This document shows, in pieces, positions 31,834 through 41,463 of a stretch of 64,000 nucleotides of DNA. The notes below the pieces were generated by a model that had not been told where the DNA came from, did not search any database, and was given only the letters and a program-made list of their open reading frames with translations. A program made the translations under genes and the position numbers. Position 1 is the first letter of the stretch, and each line of letters begins with the position of its first letter. This stretch comes from Dehalococcoidia bacterium (GTDB lineage Bacteria; Chloroflexota; Dehalococcoidia; CAUJGQ01), in the NCBI GenBank assembly GCA_035310145.1, contig DATGEL010000003.1, forward strand, positions 4,779-68,778. The letters run 5' to 3'.

Positions 31834-32886
31834 CTACCCGGCGGCCGTCAGCGGGGGCAGCGGGTCGAACTCGATCCGGCGCTGCTCCACGAATGACCGG
31901 CGCGCGCACAGCGCAATTTGCAGCGCCCGACGCGCGTCTTCCACGCCGGGCCGCGGCGCCCGTCCCGATCGCAGCGCATCGACGAACGCCTGCAGCTCAT
32001 CGCGGAAGGCCTCCGCAAAGCGCATTCCGAAACCGCTTACTAACTCTCGGCCGGCACGGCCGCCCGACAGGGTGAGCAACGGCTGCCGCCGCGTGCCGCC
32101 GAGGCGCAGCGTGCCTTCGGTTCCCTGCACCTCGGCAAAGACATCCTCGCCGTAGCCCGCAAAGCGATTCCACTCGCACACGCCCAACGCGCCGTCCGCA
32201 AAGTCGAGCAACGTGACGCAGGTGTCGAGGTCGTCGATCGCCGCCAGTTCCGGGTAGGCCAGGTTGGCGCCGTGCGCCAGCACCCGCACCGCTTCGTTGC
32301 CCGCGGCGCCGCCGAGCAGGAAGCGCGCGGCGTCAAAATCGTGGATCGCGGCGTCGAGGAAGATGCCGCCGCCGCTGGCCGGGTCATGATAGGCGATCGG
32401 CGCCGGCGCCGGATCACGGCCGATCGCGCGGAAAAGACGCGGCCTGCCGATCGCCCCCGCCTCGATCTGCTGCCGCGCCAGCAGATACGCCGCGTCCCAG
32501 CGCCGCTGGAAGCCGATCTGGAAGGCAACGCCAGCCTCTACGACCTCCCGCAGCGCCCCATCGCTCGCCGCCTGCGTCAGCGCCACGGGCTTTTCGGCGA
32601 AGACCGCCTTCCCGGCTCGCGCCGCAGCGGCGATCAGCTCCGGATGCGAGGCGGTGGTGGTCGCGATGACCACGACCTCGACATCGTCGCGGGCGAACAC
32701 AGCTTCGGGCGCCGTGCAGGCCGCGACGCGCAGCTCTGCGGCGACCCGCTCGCAAGCCGCGGCATCCACATCGCAGACGGTCAGCAGCCGCGCCCCGTGC
32801 ACCGCCCGCGCCAGGTTCGCCGCGTGCACCCGGCCGATGCGGCCGAGGCCGATCACCGCGCAGCCGATCTCATCCGTCCCGCCCAT
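31834..32886 (-). CDS. Gfo/Idh/MocA-family NAD(P)-dependent oxidoreductase.
   Basis: GCAVIGLGRIGRVHAANL Rossmann motif, and EKPVAL. GGGAGAG RBS before ATG 32886. Confidence 0.8.
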   Translation of the reverse strand: MGGTDEIGCAVIGLGRIGRVHAANLARAVHGARLLTVCDVDAAACERVAAELRVAACTAPEAVFARDDVEVVVIATTTASHPELIAAAARAGKAVFAEKPVALTQAASDGALREVVEAGVAFQIGFQRRWDAAYLLARQQIEAGAIGRPRLFRAIGRDPAPAPIAYHDPASGGGIFLDAAIHDFDAARFLLGGAAGNEAVRVLAHGANLAYPELAAIDDLDTCVTLLDFADGALGVCEWNRFAGYGEDVFAEVQGTEGTLRLGGTRRQPLLTLSGGRAGRELVSGFGMRFAEAFRDELQAFVDALRSGRAPRPGVEDARRALQIALCARRSFVEQRRIEFDPLPPLTAAG

Positions 32887-32990
32887 CCGCTCTCCCGACA
32901 CGTGCAGCGTAGTACGGTACAGTCTGAGCGAATGCGCTGCCGGATACCAGCACGAACCGCGCGGCAGAACGGATGGAGGTAAGCGGCAGG

Positions 32991-33503
32991 ATGCGCGATT
33001 CCATGGATGCGCCGCCCGATGGGACGGCCGGCCCGGAGGCGGTCTGGGCCGGCGGCAAGCCCGTTTCGGCGGAGTGGCTGGCGCGCTGGCGGGCCGAGCC
33101 GCTGCACAAGTTCCTCGACCTCGCGCTGGAAGCGCAGCGCGACGGCTACTGCCGCATCGTGCTGCGCATGGGTCCACAGACGCGCGGCGGCGTGGGCGGC
33201 TCGGTGCACGGCGGCATCATCGCCACGCTGGTCGACATCGTCACGATCGGCGCCGTCGCTTCGGCGATCGAGCCGCACGACGTGATGAACGGCACGGCTG
33301 AGCTGAACATCAGCTATCTGCGCCCGGCGTTGGGGGCGCAGGTGGTGGCCGAAGGCCGTGTGCTCAAGAAAGGGCGCAGCCTCGCGGTGGTGGACGCCGA
33401 GTGCTCGGACGGCGCCGGCCGGCTGTTCGCCAAGGGCCGCGCCCAGTACGCGCTCCGTCAGCGCGAGCCCCCACCCCCCGGTTCATCCGGTGGCCCCCGA
33501 TAA
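32991..33503 (+). CDS. PaaI-family hotdog-fold thioesterase.
   Basis: GSVHGGIIATLVD motif. Alternative starts at 32973 and 33003. Confidence 0.7.
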   Translation: MRDSMDAPPDGTAGPEAVWAGGKPVSAEWLARWRAEPLHKFLDLALEAQRDGYCRIVLRMGPQTRGGVGGSVHGGIIATLVDIVTIGAVASAIEPHDVMNGTAELNISYLRPALGAQVVAEGRVLKKGRSLAVVDAECSDGAGRLFAKGRAQYALRQREPPPPGSSGGPR

Positions 33504-33510
33504 GCGGGGG
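33494..33510 (+). terminator. Hairpin that overlaps the thioesterase stop codon (the TAA lies in the loop). Possible terminator; it has no U-tract.
   Basis: cccccg / ataag / cggggg. Confidence 0.3.
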
Positions 33511-33717
33511 AAGAGCGGATCGCAACGCCGCAGATTCGGGCTGAAGGCGTTGCAGTCTGCTCCGGTGTGGGCGTTGCGCATCACGTGCGACCTTGTGCGT
33601 GCACGGTTCGCCGCTCCGCGGAGTCTCCCCTGCCCGGTCGTTTGCAGCGCCCGGCGGATCTTCCGAGCACCGATTCGTGCGACCGAGGGCAGTTTGCGGG
33701 AGCGACGGTCGCCCGTT

Positions 33718-34371
33718 TCAGCCCGCCGCGCAGAGGCGCTGGTAGAGCTGCAGCGTGATCTGTACGTCCCCGGCGGCGCGGTGCCGCGTAACGTTGTCCA
33801 GGGAGATGCCGAGGGCCATGCAGCAGCGGTCGAGGGCATAGCGCAGTCCGGGAGCCGGCCGGTCCAGCGTTTCGCAGGCGAAGGTCCAATGGTCCTGGCC
33901 GGGGCGCGGCTTCAGGGCGAGCCTCTGCGCCTTGTACAACGCCGCCGTGTCGCGGTAGCGGCCGCGCGACGGCGCCACGAGACCGGCGCGGCGGCAGGCC
34001 GACTCCAGAAAGAAGGCGTCGAAGCGCACGACATTGTGCCCGACCAGCGGCAAGTCGCCGCAGTCGGCGAAGAACTGGCCGAGCACCACAGCCAGGGCGA
34101 GCGCCTCCCGTGCCAACAGCTCATCCGAGATGCCCGTGAGCGCCTGCACCGCGCCCGGCAGCGGCACCGGAATCTGTGCGAGCAGGGAGCGCAGCGGCCC
34201 GGGCGTGCCGTCGCGCACCACGCACCAGCCGATCTCGATCACGTGATCGGTTGCGGGGCGCAGGCCCGTGGTCTCGAGGTCGAACACCACGTAGTTGAGC
34301 GCGTCGCCGTCCCGCTGAGTGGCGGGCGTGGACGCGATCGTCCCGTGCATCTCGCTGAGCCTGGCTGACAT
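33718..34371 (-). CDS. DnaQ-like DEDDh 3'-5' exonuclease domain protein.
   Basis: Exo I VVFDLETTGL, Exo II HNVVRFDAFFL, Exo III HRAAGDVQIT. GGAGGG RBS before ATG 34371. Confidence 0.7.
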   Translation of the reverse strand: MSARLSEMHGTIASTPATQRDGDALNYVVFDLETTGLRPATDHVIEIGWCVVRDGTPGPLRSLLAQIPVPLPGAVQALTGISDELLAREALALAVVLGQFFADCGDLPLVGHNVVRFDAFFLESACRRAGLVAPSRGRYRDTAALYKAQRLALKPRPGQDHWTFACETLDRPAPGLRYALDRCCMALGISLDNVTRHRAAGDVQITLQLYQRLCAAG

Positions 34372-34441
34372 GGCGCCCTCCGCCGGCCGACCACCCGGTT
34401 TCCTGACTGTTATAGCATAACACCCTGTGCGGTGCCAGCCG

Positions 34442-36841
34442 CTAATGCAGCGCTCCACCGGCCGACAGCCGCTCCAGCGTCTCCGACGGAATGCCAAGCA
34501 GCCCGCCGAACACGGCCGCGTTGTCCTCGCCGAGGCGTGGCGCCGGACGGCGCACGGGCAGCGGGTCCGGGCCAAAGCGGTAGGGCGCGCTGTACACAGG
34601 CAGCGTTGCCCAGCCGGGATGCTCGACCGGATGGAAGAAGCGGCGGGCCCGCAGGTGTTCATCTTCGAGGAGATCGCCGGCGTGCTGAGAGCGCATTGCC
34701 GGCACGCCCGCCGCCTGCAGCCGCGCCGCGAGTTCCGCCGCGTCCTGGTCCGCCGTCCATGCTGCGATCCGCAGGTCGATCGCTTCACGGCGGTCCAGTC
34801 TGCCCGCGACGCTGGCGAGCATCGCAGCTTGCGACCACTCCGGCGCGTCCATCTCCTGCGCCAATGCCTGCCACTCTGTGTCGGATGTGACAGCGACGGC
34901 GAGCCAGCGGCCTTCGCGACATGGGAAGACGTTGTGGGGCGCCCAGCGGCGGTCGGCGTTGCCGAGGCGAGGCGGGTCCACGCCGTGTTCCGCCAGCAGA
35001 GCGTATCCCTCGGTCAGCGCGAACAGCAGTCCCTCGGCCTCCGAGAGGTCGATGTGCTGGCCGCGGCCGCTGAGGCCGCGATGGCGCAGCGCCGCCAGCA
35101 CGGCCACGGCGCCGAGCAGGCCGCCGATCGGGTCCGCGTAGGGCAGGCCGAGCGCTTCCGGCGGCCCGGCGGCGTACCCGGTCAACTCGGCCAGGCCGGA
35201 GAAGGCTTCCATCGTGTAGCCGTACGCGACATAATCCCGCTCCGGGCCGGTCTGGCCGAAGCCGGAGAGGCTGATCATGACCAGCTCGGGTCGCAGGGCG
35301 CGTAACGTCTCGTAGCCGAGACCCAGCCGCTCCATCACGCCCGGCGCGTAGTTTTCCACGACGACATCGCTGACGCTCACCAGCTCGCGCGCCAGCGCCA
35401 GTCCCTCGGCGCTGCGCAGGTTGAGCGTGATGCCGGCCTTGCCGCGGTTGAAGGCGGCGAAGCGCAGGCTCTTGTCGGGGTCGATCGGCGCGCCGCGCGG
35501 GAACGGCCCCACGCCGCGAGCAGAGTCGATCCGCTCGCGCGTCTCAATCTTGATCACCTCGGCGCCGAGGTCGGCAAGCTGCAGGGCGCAGTGCGGCCCC
35601 GCCCATGCCCAGGAGAAATCGGCGACGCGAATGCCTGTCAAGGGCGCAGGTTTTAGGGCGTAGGGCGTAGGAGGCGTGCCGGATTCAGCCGAGGCCGCGG
35701 GCTGTGCCTCGCTGTTACCCCTCTCGGCGAGGACTTCGGCCGTGTGCCGGCCGAGGCGCGGCGCCGGCCGTGTCAGCCGCCAGGCCGTCTCGCCGCTTCG
35801 GAAAGGGGCGCCGGGCAGCAGGCGCGAGCCGCCGTCCGGCCAGGGCACGGCGACGAACGCCTGGCGCGCGACAAATTGCGGCTGGCTCTGCGCTTGCGAG
35901 GGGCGGTTGACCGGGGCGAAGGGCAGGCGCAGGCGCTGGCCGGCATGATAGACCTCCTGTTTGGAGTGGCCAGCCGCCCACGCTGCCGCGCGAGCCTCGA
36001 TCTCCTCGCGGCTCGCCAGCCGTGCCCGGCGATCCGGAACCATCACCAGCGCCTCGGCCCCGATCAGCTCGCCCAGCTTCTGCCAATGCTGCTCGGTCAC
36101 GGCCATCAGCCGCGCCAGGCCGTCCGCGGCTGGGGTGAAGCCGGCGAAGACGATTGTCGGCGAGAAGCGATCGCGCACTTTGCCGGTGATCACGACTTCC
36201 GGCAGGCTGGAGTGCAGGATCGAGGCCACGCACTCCTGCGTCGAAACGTCGATCGCGGCGCCGGCCTGCATGGACGGCTCACCTCGCTCGCGGCCGAACA
36301 GCGCCGCGACCAGTGCGACCGCCGCGTGCAGCGCCGCCAGCACTTCGGCCTGGCGCGGAGCGGGACGCAGCGGCGGCTTCGCCGGGTCGTCCACCCAGTC
36401 CGGCACGATCGCGGCCAGCCCGCCGGCGTGGATGCCGATCAGGTCTTCGCCTTTCCACAGCCGCCGCGGCCCGCTTTGGCCGAAGGGCGAAAGCGAGACC
36501 ACGATCAGGCCTGGCCGCAGGCGCTGCAGCCGCTCGACGCCGAACCCGGCTACGTCGAGAAAGCCGGGAGGGTGGTTCTCGATCAGTGCGTCGGCCCCGG
36601 CGATAAGCCGCTCGATCTGTGCGCGGCCCGCCACCGTCGTCGCATCGGCGACCACGCTGCGCTTGTTGAAGTTGAGCGCGGGAAAGAGCGGATCGCCGCG
36701 CAGCCAGTCGCCGGCAGGAGGTTCCAGCTTCACCACGTCGGCGCCGAGGTCTCCGAGCAGCCGGGCGCAGAGCGGCGCGGCGAAGCCTTCGCCCCACTCG
36801 ACGATGCGCAGCTCGCGCAGGGCGCCCTCCGATTCAGGCAT
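34442..36841 (-). CDS. Tandem-fused CoA-transferase family III (CaiB/BaiF) protein, with two complete CoA_transf_3 domains in one 799-aa chain.
   Basis: Domain 1 starts LRIVEWGEGFAAPLCARLLGDLGADVVKLEPP; domain 2 starts LTGIRVADFSWAWAGPHCALQLADLGAEVIKIE. Each is followed by the characteristic GxGxxxE/D core. Confidence 0.75.
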   Translation of the reverse strand: MPESEGALRELRIVEWGEGFAAPLCARLLGDLGADVVKLEPPAGDWLRGDPLFPALNFNKRSVVADATTVAGRAQIERLIAGADALIENHPPGFLDVAGFGVERLQRLRPGLIVVSLSPFGQSGPRRLWKGEDLIGIHAGGLAAIVPDWVDDPAKPPLRPAPRQAEVLAALHAAVALVAALFGRERGEPSMQAGAAIDVSTQECVASILHSSLPEVVITGKVRDRFSPTIVFAGFTPAADGLARLMAVTEQHWQKLGELIGAEALVMVPDRRARLASREEIEARAAAWAAGHSKQEVYHAGQRLRLPFAPVNRPSQAQSQPQFVARQAFVAVPWPDGGSRLLPGAPFRSGETAWRLTRPAPRLGRHTAEVLAERGNSEAQPAASAESGTPPTPYALKPAPLTGIRVADFSWAWAGPHCALQLADLGAEVIKIETRERIDSARGVGPFPRGAPIDPDKSLRFAAFNRGKAGITLNLRSAEGLALARELVSVSDVVVENYAPGVMERLGLGYETLRALRPELVMISLSGFGQTGPERDYVAYGYTMEAFSGLAELTGYAAGPPEALGLPYADPIGGLLGAVAVLAALRHRGLSGRGQHIDLSEAEGLLFALTEGYALLAEHGVDPPRLGNADRRWAPHNVFPCREGRWLAVAVTSDTEWQALAQEMDAPEWSQAAMLASVAGRLDRREAIDLRIAAWTADQDAAELAARLQAAGVPAMRSQHAGDLLEDEHLRARRFFHPVEHPGWATLPVYSAPYRFGPDPLPVRRPAPRLGEDNAAVFGGLLGIPSETLERLSAGGALH

Positions 36842-37011
36842 GGGTGCGGCTCGGCGGCGCGGAGACGTGGGTGAGCACGGTGTCTTGCTGGCCTCAAGGT
36901 GTGGTGCGGCGCCGCCGCCATCGTAGCGCGGCGCGGCCGCCCACGCCCCTGCGGATTGCCGGCTGTGACACAATGCGAGGAACCAGGCAGCGCGGGGACG
37001 GAGGCGCAGCG

Positions 37012-38049
37012 ATGGCGAGTCAAGGCAAGCGGCCGATCATTGCGATCACGATCGGCGATCCGGCCGGCATCGGCCCCGAGGTCACGGCGGGCGCCCTGGC
37101 GCACGGCCGGCTCGACGAGGTCTGCCGGCCGCTGCTGCTGGGCGACGCCGGCGTGCTGCGGCAAGCGGCGCGCTGCATGGGTGTCGAGCTCAAGCTGGTG
37201 CCCGTCGCCTCGCCTGCCGACGCAACGTTCGCGCCGGACGAGGTTTCCATGCTCGACCTGGCGAACGTCGATCTTGGCGTCCTGCGCATGGGCGAGATCC
37301 AGGGCGCCTGCGGGCAGGCTGCCTACGGCTATATTCGCAAGAGCATCGAGCTGGCGCTGGCGGGCGAAGTCGACGCCGTTGCCACCGCGCCGATCAACAA
37401 GGAGGCGCTGCGCGCCGGCGGCGTGCCCTACCTCGACCATACCGCGATGTACGCCGACCTCACGCACAGCCTCAACCCGATGACGATGTTCACCGTGGGA
37501 ACGCTGCGCATCTTTTTCGCCACGCGCCATGTCTCGCTGCGCACCGCAGTGGATCAGATCGCCCAAGACCTCGTGCTCGAGAACCTGGTCAACGCCGACG
37601 AGGCGCTGAAGTCGTACGGCCTTACGGCGCCGCGCATCGCTCTGGCCGCGCTGAACCCGCACAACGGCGAAGGCGGCCTCTTCGGCGACACGGAGTCACG
37701 CGAGCTGCGCCCCGCCGTCGAGGCGGCGCGGGCGCGTGGCATTAACGCCAGCGGGCCATATCCGGCGGACTCGGTCTTTCACATGGCGATGCAAGGCGGC
37801 GCCGACGCGGTGCTCTCGCTCTTCCATGACCAGGGCCACATCGCCGCCAAGAGCATCGACTTCGAGAAGACGATCGCGATCACGACCGGCCTGCCCTTCG
37901 TGCGCGCCAGCGTGGACCACGGCACCGCCTTCGACATCGCCGGCACGGGCAAGGCGAGCTGGGTGAGCATGGCCGAGGCCGTGCGCGTCGGCGCCGAGTA
38001 CGCCCGCCTCTTCCGCGAGACCAGGGAGGGGCAGGCAGCCCAGACGTGA
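37012..38049 (+). CDS. PdxA-family NAD-dependent 4-hydroxythreonine-4-phosphate / 4-phospho-sugar-acid dehydrogenase.
   Basis: IAITIGDPAGIGPEV, TAPINKEAL, HDQGHIAAK, DHGTAFDIAG motifs. GGAGG RBS. Confidence 0.8.
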   Translation: MASQGKRPIIAITIGDPAGIGPEVTAGALAHGRLDEVCRPLLLGDAGVLRQAARCMGVELKLVPVASPADATFAPDEVSMLDLANVDLGVLRMGEIQGACGQAAYGYIRKSIELALAGEVDAVATAPINKEALRAGGVPYLDHTAMYADLTHSLNPMTMFTVGTLRIFFATRHVSLRTAVDQIAQDLVLENLVNADEALKSYGLTAPRIALAALNPHNGEGGLFGDTESRELRPAVEAARARGINASGPYPADSVFHMAMQGGADAVLSLFHDQGHIAAKSIDFEKTIAITTGLPFVRASVDHGTAFDIAGTGKASWVSMAEAVRVGAEYARLFRETREGQAAQT

Positions 38050-38099
38050 TCGGTGCGGCTTAGCCGAGCGCGATGGCTCGGACGCTGGTCAAATCTCGC

Positions 38100-39263
38100 T
38101 CAGCGCAACGAGCCGCTGGCCATCAGCCGGTCGAGGTCTTCGAGCATGGCGCGCGGGCCGGGCTGCTGGAAGTGCTCCCGCGCCGGGGCCAGCAGGGCGA
38201 TCAACGCCTCCGAGACGCCGGCCTTCAGGTCCATCGGGTGCAGGGCGCCGGTGCTGTACGCTTCGGCCAATTCCTCGAAGCTTGTGAAGGTGACCGAGCC
38301 GCCGTTTTCCGGCGTGCGCGGAATGTGCAGCGCCGCGCCCGGTTCGTTGAAGATCAGGTAGCGCGCCCAGTCGAGGATCGGATTGAAGGCGACTTCGTTC
38401 GGCGGGCAGAACGCCTTGCGGATCTTCTGGCGAATCTCGTCTTCGCTGTCGTGGATGAAGATGGCCGAGGACGGATCGGACTTGCTCATCTTCATCGAGG
38501 CGGCGAAGTCGTGCACGTTGTCCGTCGGCGGCGGCCAGACGGCCGGCTTGCGCAGGCCCATCAGCAGGTGATGGTGGATGGCGATCGGCTTGATCTGCTG
38601 GCCCGCGGCGTTGTGAATCGCGTTGATCTTCATCTGCAGCGCCGTGTCGCGCGCGATCACGTGCGCCTTGCGCTGGTCCAGGCCTGCGTGGGCGAGCTGG
38701 ACGTGCATGGCGAAGATGTCGGCAACCTGCAACGCGGGATAGAGCAGCTTGGCGAAGTCTCCGGATTCGCCCTCTTTGCGACCGAGAATGGTGATGCTGC
38801 GCTGCATGCGCCCCAGCGTGGTGTTCTTGGAGACGTCGATCACCGTGGCCCAGTAATCGTCGTTGCAGTGGTACAGCTCCGTGCCGAGGATGAACTTCAA
38901 CCTGCCCGGGTCGTGCCTGAAGCACTTGAGCGAGGCGATGAAGCCCTCTTTGAAGTAGTTGACGGCCACACGCTGGATCACTTCGCGGTCGCCGCCCAGC
39001 TTGTCGTTGATCCAGCTGTGCCAGTCGGCCAGAAAAACCGAGCAGTCGATGCCCGCGTCCATGAAGTCGCGGACCTTGGACATGCTCATCAGGCCGGAGC
39101 CCAGATGCATCTTGCCGGAGATCTCGAAGCCGATGTAGTGCTGGATCGGCTCGCCCGTGGCCAGCAGCCTGCGCAGGTCATCGACGGTGATGATCTCTTC
39201 CACGTTGCGGCCGATCAGGGCCAGCCGCTCCTCCACCGTGTTTGCAGTGTCCGTCTCACTCAC
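38100..39263 (-). CDS. tyrS: Tyrosyl-tRNA synthetase, archaeal/eukaryal type.
   Basis: HIGH-region YIGFEISGKMHLGS, KMSKS motif, and C-terminal ALHPMDLKAGVSEALIALLAP. From memory, this closely parallels Methanocaldococcus TyrRS (YIGFEPSGKIHLGH ... ELHPMDLKNAVAEELIKILEP). GTG start. Confidence 0.8.
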   Translation of the reverse strand: MSETDTANTVEERLALIGRNVEEIITVDDLRRLLATGEPIQHYIGFEISGKMHLGSGLMSMSKVRDFMDAGIDCSVFLADWHSWINDKLGGDREVIQRVAVNYFKEGFIASLKCFRHDPGRLKFILGTELYHCNDDYWATVIDVSKNTTLGRMQRSITILGRKEGESGDFAKLLYPALQVADIFAMHVQLAHAGLDQRKAHVIARDTALQMKINAIHNAAGQQIKPIAIHHHLLMGLRKPAVWPPPTDNVHDFAASMKMSKSDPSSAIFIHDSEDEIRQKIRKAFCPPNEVAFNPILDWARYLIFNEPGAALHIPRTPENGGSVTFTSFEELAEAYSTGALHPMDLKAGVSEALIALLAPAREHFQQPGPRAMLEDLDRLMASGSLR

Positions 39264-39344
39264 GCTGGGCGCCTCACTCCGTTGCTGCTTTCAGTGTAGC
39301 CGGAAAGCGGCGGGGCGCTCACCAGCAGCGGTGTGGCGGCGCGT

Positions 39345-40562
39345 TCAGATCGCGCCTTGCTCGCGCAGCTCCGCGATCTGCCCGGCGCCGAGGCCAAGCA
39401 ATTCGTGCAGCACCTCGTCGGTGTGCTGGCCCAGCAGCGGCGGCGCCGTGCGCGGGCCGACGTGCGAGTCCGAGAGCGCGATCGGTGAGCCGACCATGGG
39501 CAGCTCACCGATCGTGGGGTGCGGCAACAACGTGACCACGCCCAGCGCCTGCACCTGCGGGTCGGCGAAGGCCTGCGCCACGGTGTTGATGGCGCCGGAC
39601 GGCACGCCATGCGCGTTGAGCAACTCCACCCACTCCGCCGCCGTCTTCTGTGCGATGAGCGATTGCACCATCGCGATCAGCGCCTTGCGGTTGGCGACGC
39701 GATCCGCGTTCGTGCGGAAGCGCGGGTCGTCGGGCAGGTCGGGGCGGCCGGCCAGCTCGCAAAAGGTCTTGAACTGGCGCGGGTTGGCGCAGGCCAGGGA
39801 GATCGGCTGGTCGCTGGCGTGGAAGACCTGGTAGGGCACGATGTTGGGGTGGGCGTTGCCGAAGCGGCCGGCGTCCTTGCCGCTGACGAGATAATTTTGA
39901 CCCACGTTCGCCAGCCAGGCCATGGCGGACTGCAGCAAGGAGGCGTCCACGCGCTCGCCCCGGCCCGTCTCTGTGCGGCGGTAAAGCGCGGCCAGGACGC
40001 CGTTCAGCATAAACAGGGCCGCGGTGATGTCCACGATGGCGATACCGACCTTCATCGGCTCGCCCGCCGGCTCGCCGGTGACGCCCATGATGCCCGCCAG
40101 CCCCTGAACGACGAAATCGTAGCCGGCGTACTCGGCGTACGGCCCCGTCGTACCGAAGCCGGTGAGCGAGGCGTGAATCAGGCCGGGGTTCGCTTGCCAG
40201 AGCACATCGTCACCGAGGTCCATGCGCTCCAGGGTGCCGGTCCTGAAGTTCTCGATCAGGATGTCGGACTTGCGCACGAGCTCGAGCGCCAGCTCGCGCG
40301 CGGCCGCGTGCTTGAGATTGAGCGTGATGCTGCGCTTGTTGCGGTTGACCGAGAGGTAGTAGGCGCTTTCACCGCCGGCGAAGGGGGGACCCCAGCCGCG
40401 CGTCTCGTCGCCCTCGCCTGGCTGTTCGACCTTGATTACGTCGGCGCCCATGTCGCCCAGTGTCATCGCGGCGTACGGCCCGGCCAGCACACGCGAGAGA
40501 TCGAGCACGCGTACGCCGGCGAGCGGGCCGGGTCCTTGAGCTTCCCGATTGGCTTCGTTCAT
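39345..40562 (-). CDS. CoA-transferase family III (CaiB/BaiF) protein.
   Basis: VRVLDLSRVLAGPYAAMTLGDMGADVIKVE N-terminus. Confidence 0.8.
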   Translation of the reverse strand: MNEANREAQGPGPLAGVRVLDLSRVLAGPYAAMTLGDMGADVIKVEQPGEGDETRGWGPPFAGGESAYYLSVNRNKRSITLNLKHAAARELALELVRKSDILIENFRTGTLERMDLGDDVLWQANPGLIHASLTGFGTTGPYAEYAGYDFVVQGLAGIMGVTGEPAGEPMKVGIAIVDITAALFMLNGVLAALYRRTETGRGERVDASLLQSAMAWLANVGQNYLVSGKDAGRFGNAHPNIVPYQVFHASDQPISLACANPRQFKTFCELAGRPDLPDDPRFRTNADRVANRKALIAMVQSLIAQKTAAEWVELLNAHGVPSGAINTVAQAFADPQVQALGVVTLLPHPTIGELPMVGSPIALSDSHVGPRTAPPLLGQHTDEVLHELLGLGAGQIAELREQGAI

Positions 40563-40581
40563 CGGAACCTCGGTGGCTGCA

Positions 40582-41358
40582 TCAGTCGAGATAGAGGCCG
40601 CCGGCCGGGTGCAGCATCTGGCCGGTGAAGTAGCTGGCCTCGTCGGAGCAGAGGAAGAGCGCCGTGGCGGCGATCTCCTCCGGCTCGCCCATGCGATGCA
40701 TCGGCACGGCGCGTAGGATCTGCTGCAGCCGCTCCTCGCTCTGGTGCATCGGCTGGGTCATCGGCGTGTCGATGTAGCCGGGGCCGATCGCGTTGATGCG
40801 GATGTTTTGCGCCGCAAGCTCCAGCGCCATGACTTTGGTGAGCATCCAGACGCCGGCCTTGGCGATGCAGTAGTGGCCGCCGCCGGCCAGCGGCAGCCGC
40901 GCCGCTCCCGAGCTGATCGTGACGATGGCGCCGGGGCGGCCGGCGTTCAGCATCTCGCGCACGGCCGCGCGGCAGGTGAGCAGGACACCGCGCAGATTCA
41001 CGTCCAGCATGCCGTCGAAGGCTTCGAGCGGCATGTTCCAGAGCGGCTCGCCGCCTTGCTGGCCGGGCGCCCGCGCGATGCCCGCCGCGGCCACGACGCA
41101 ATCCAGGGCGCCGTACGTCTCGACGCAGCGGTGGCTGACGCCGTTGACGATCGCCTCACTCGTCACGTCGGCCTGTGCGGCGAACGCCTGCCCGCCGGCC
41201 GCCTCGATGCGGCGCACCGTCTCTGCCGCGCCCTCCAGCGAGCGATCGATGACGCAGACGCGCGCGCCTTCCGTGGCGAAGCGCTCGGCGCTCGCTCGGC
41301 CGATGCCCGAGCCGCCTCCCGTGATCAACGCGACCTTGCCTTCCAGCCGTCCCGGCAT
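40582..41358 (-). CDS. Short-chain dehydrogenase/reductase (SDR).
   Basis: TGGGSGIG, NAIG, and the Y-x3-K region (HYCIAK). AAGGAG RBS before ATG 41358. Only 19 nt separate it from the downstream CoA-transferase. Confidence 0.8.
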   Translation of the reverse strand: MPGRLEGKVALITGGGSGIGRASAERFATEGARVCVIDRSLEGAAETVRRIEAAGGQAFAAQADVTSEAIVNGVSHRCVETYGALDCVVAAAGIARAPGQQGGEPLWNMPLEAFDGMLDVNLRGVLLTCRAAVREMLNAGRPGAIVTISSGAARLPLAGGGHYCIAKAGVWMLTKVMALELAAQNIRINAIGPGYIDTPMTQPMHQSEERLQQILRAVPMHRMGEPEEIAATALFLCSDEASYFTGQMLHPAGGLYLD

Positions 41359-41463
41359 CTGCTGCTCCTTCGCTGTCCGAACCTCGCCACCAGCATACTG
41401 GCCGGACGTGTAGCATGGGCACTGCCGCCCGCAGCCGGGCGAGCCCTGCAACGGGTGCTTCAC

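Noticed and set aside
31268-31909. 213-aa minus-strand Arg-rich ORF overlapping the DUF4342 gene in another frame.
   Set aside because: Composition artefact. The DUF4342 frame has a clean family signature and RBS.
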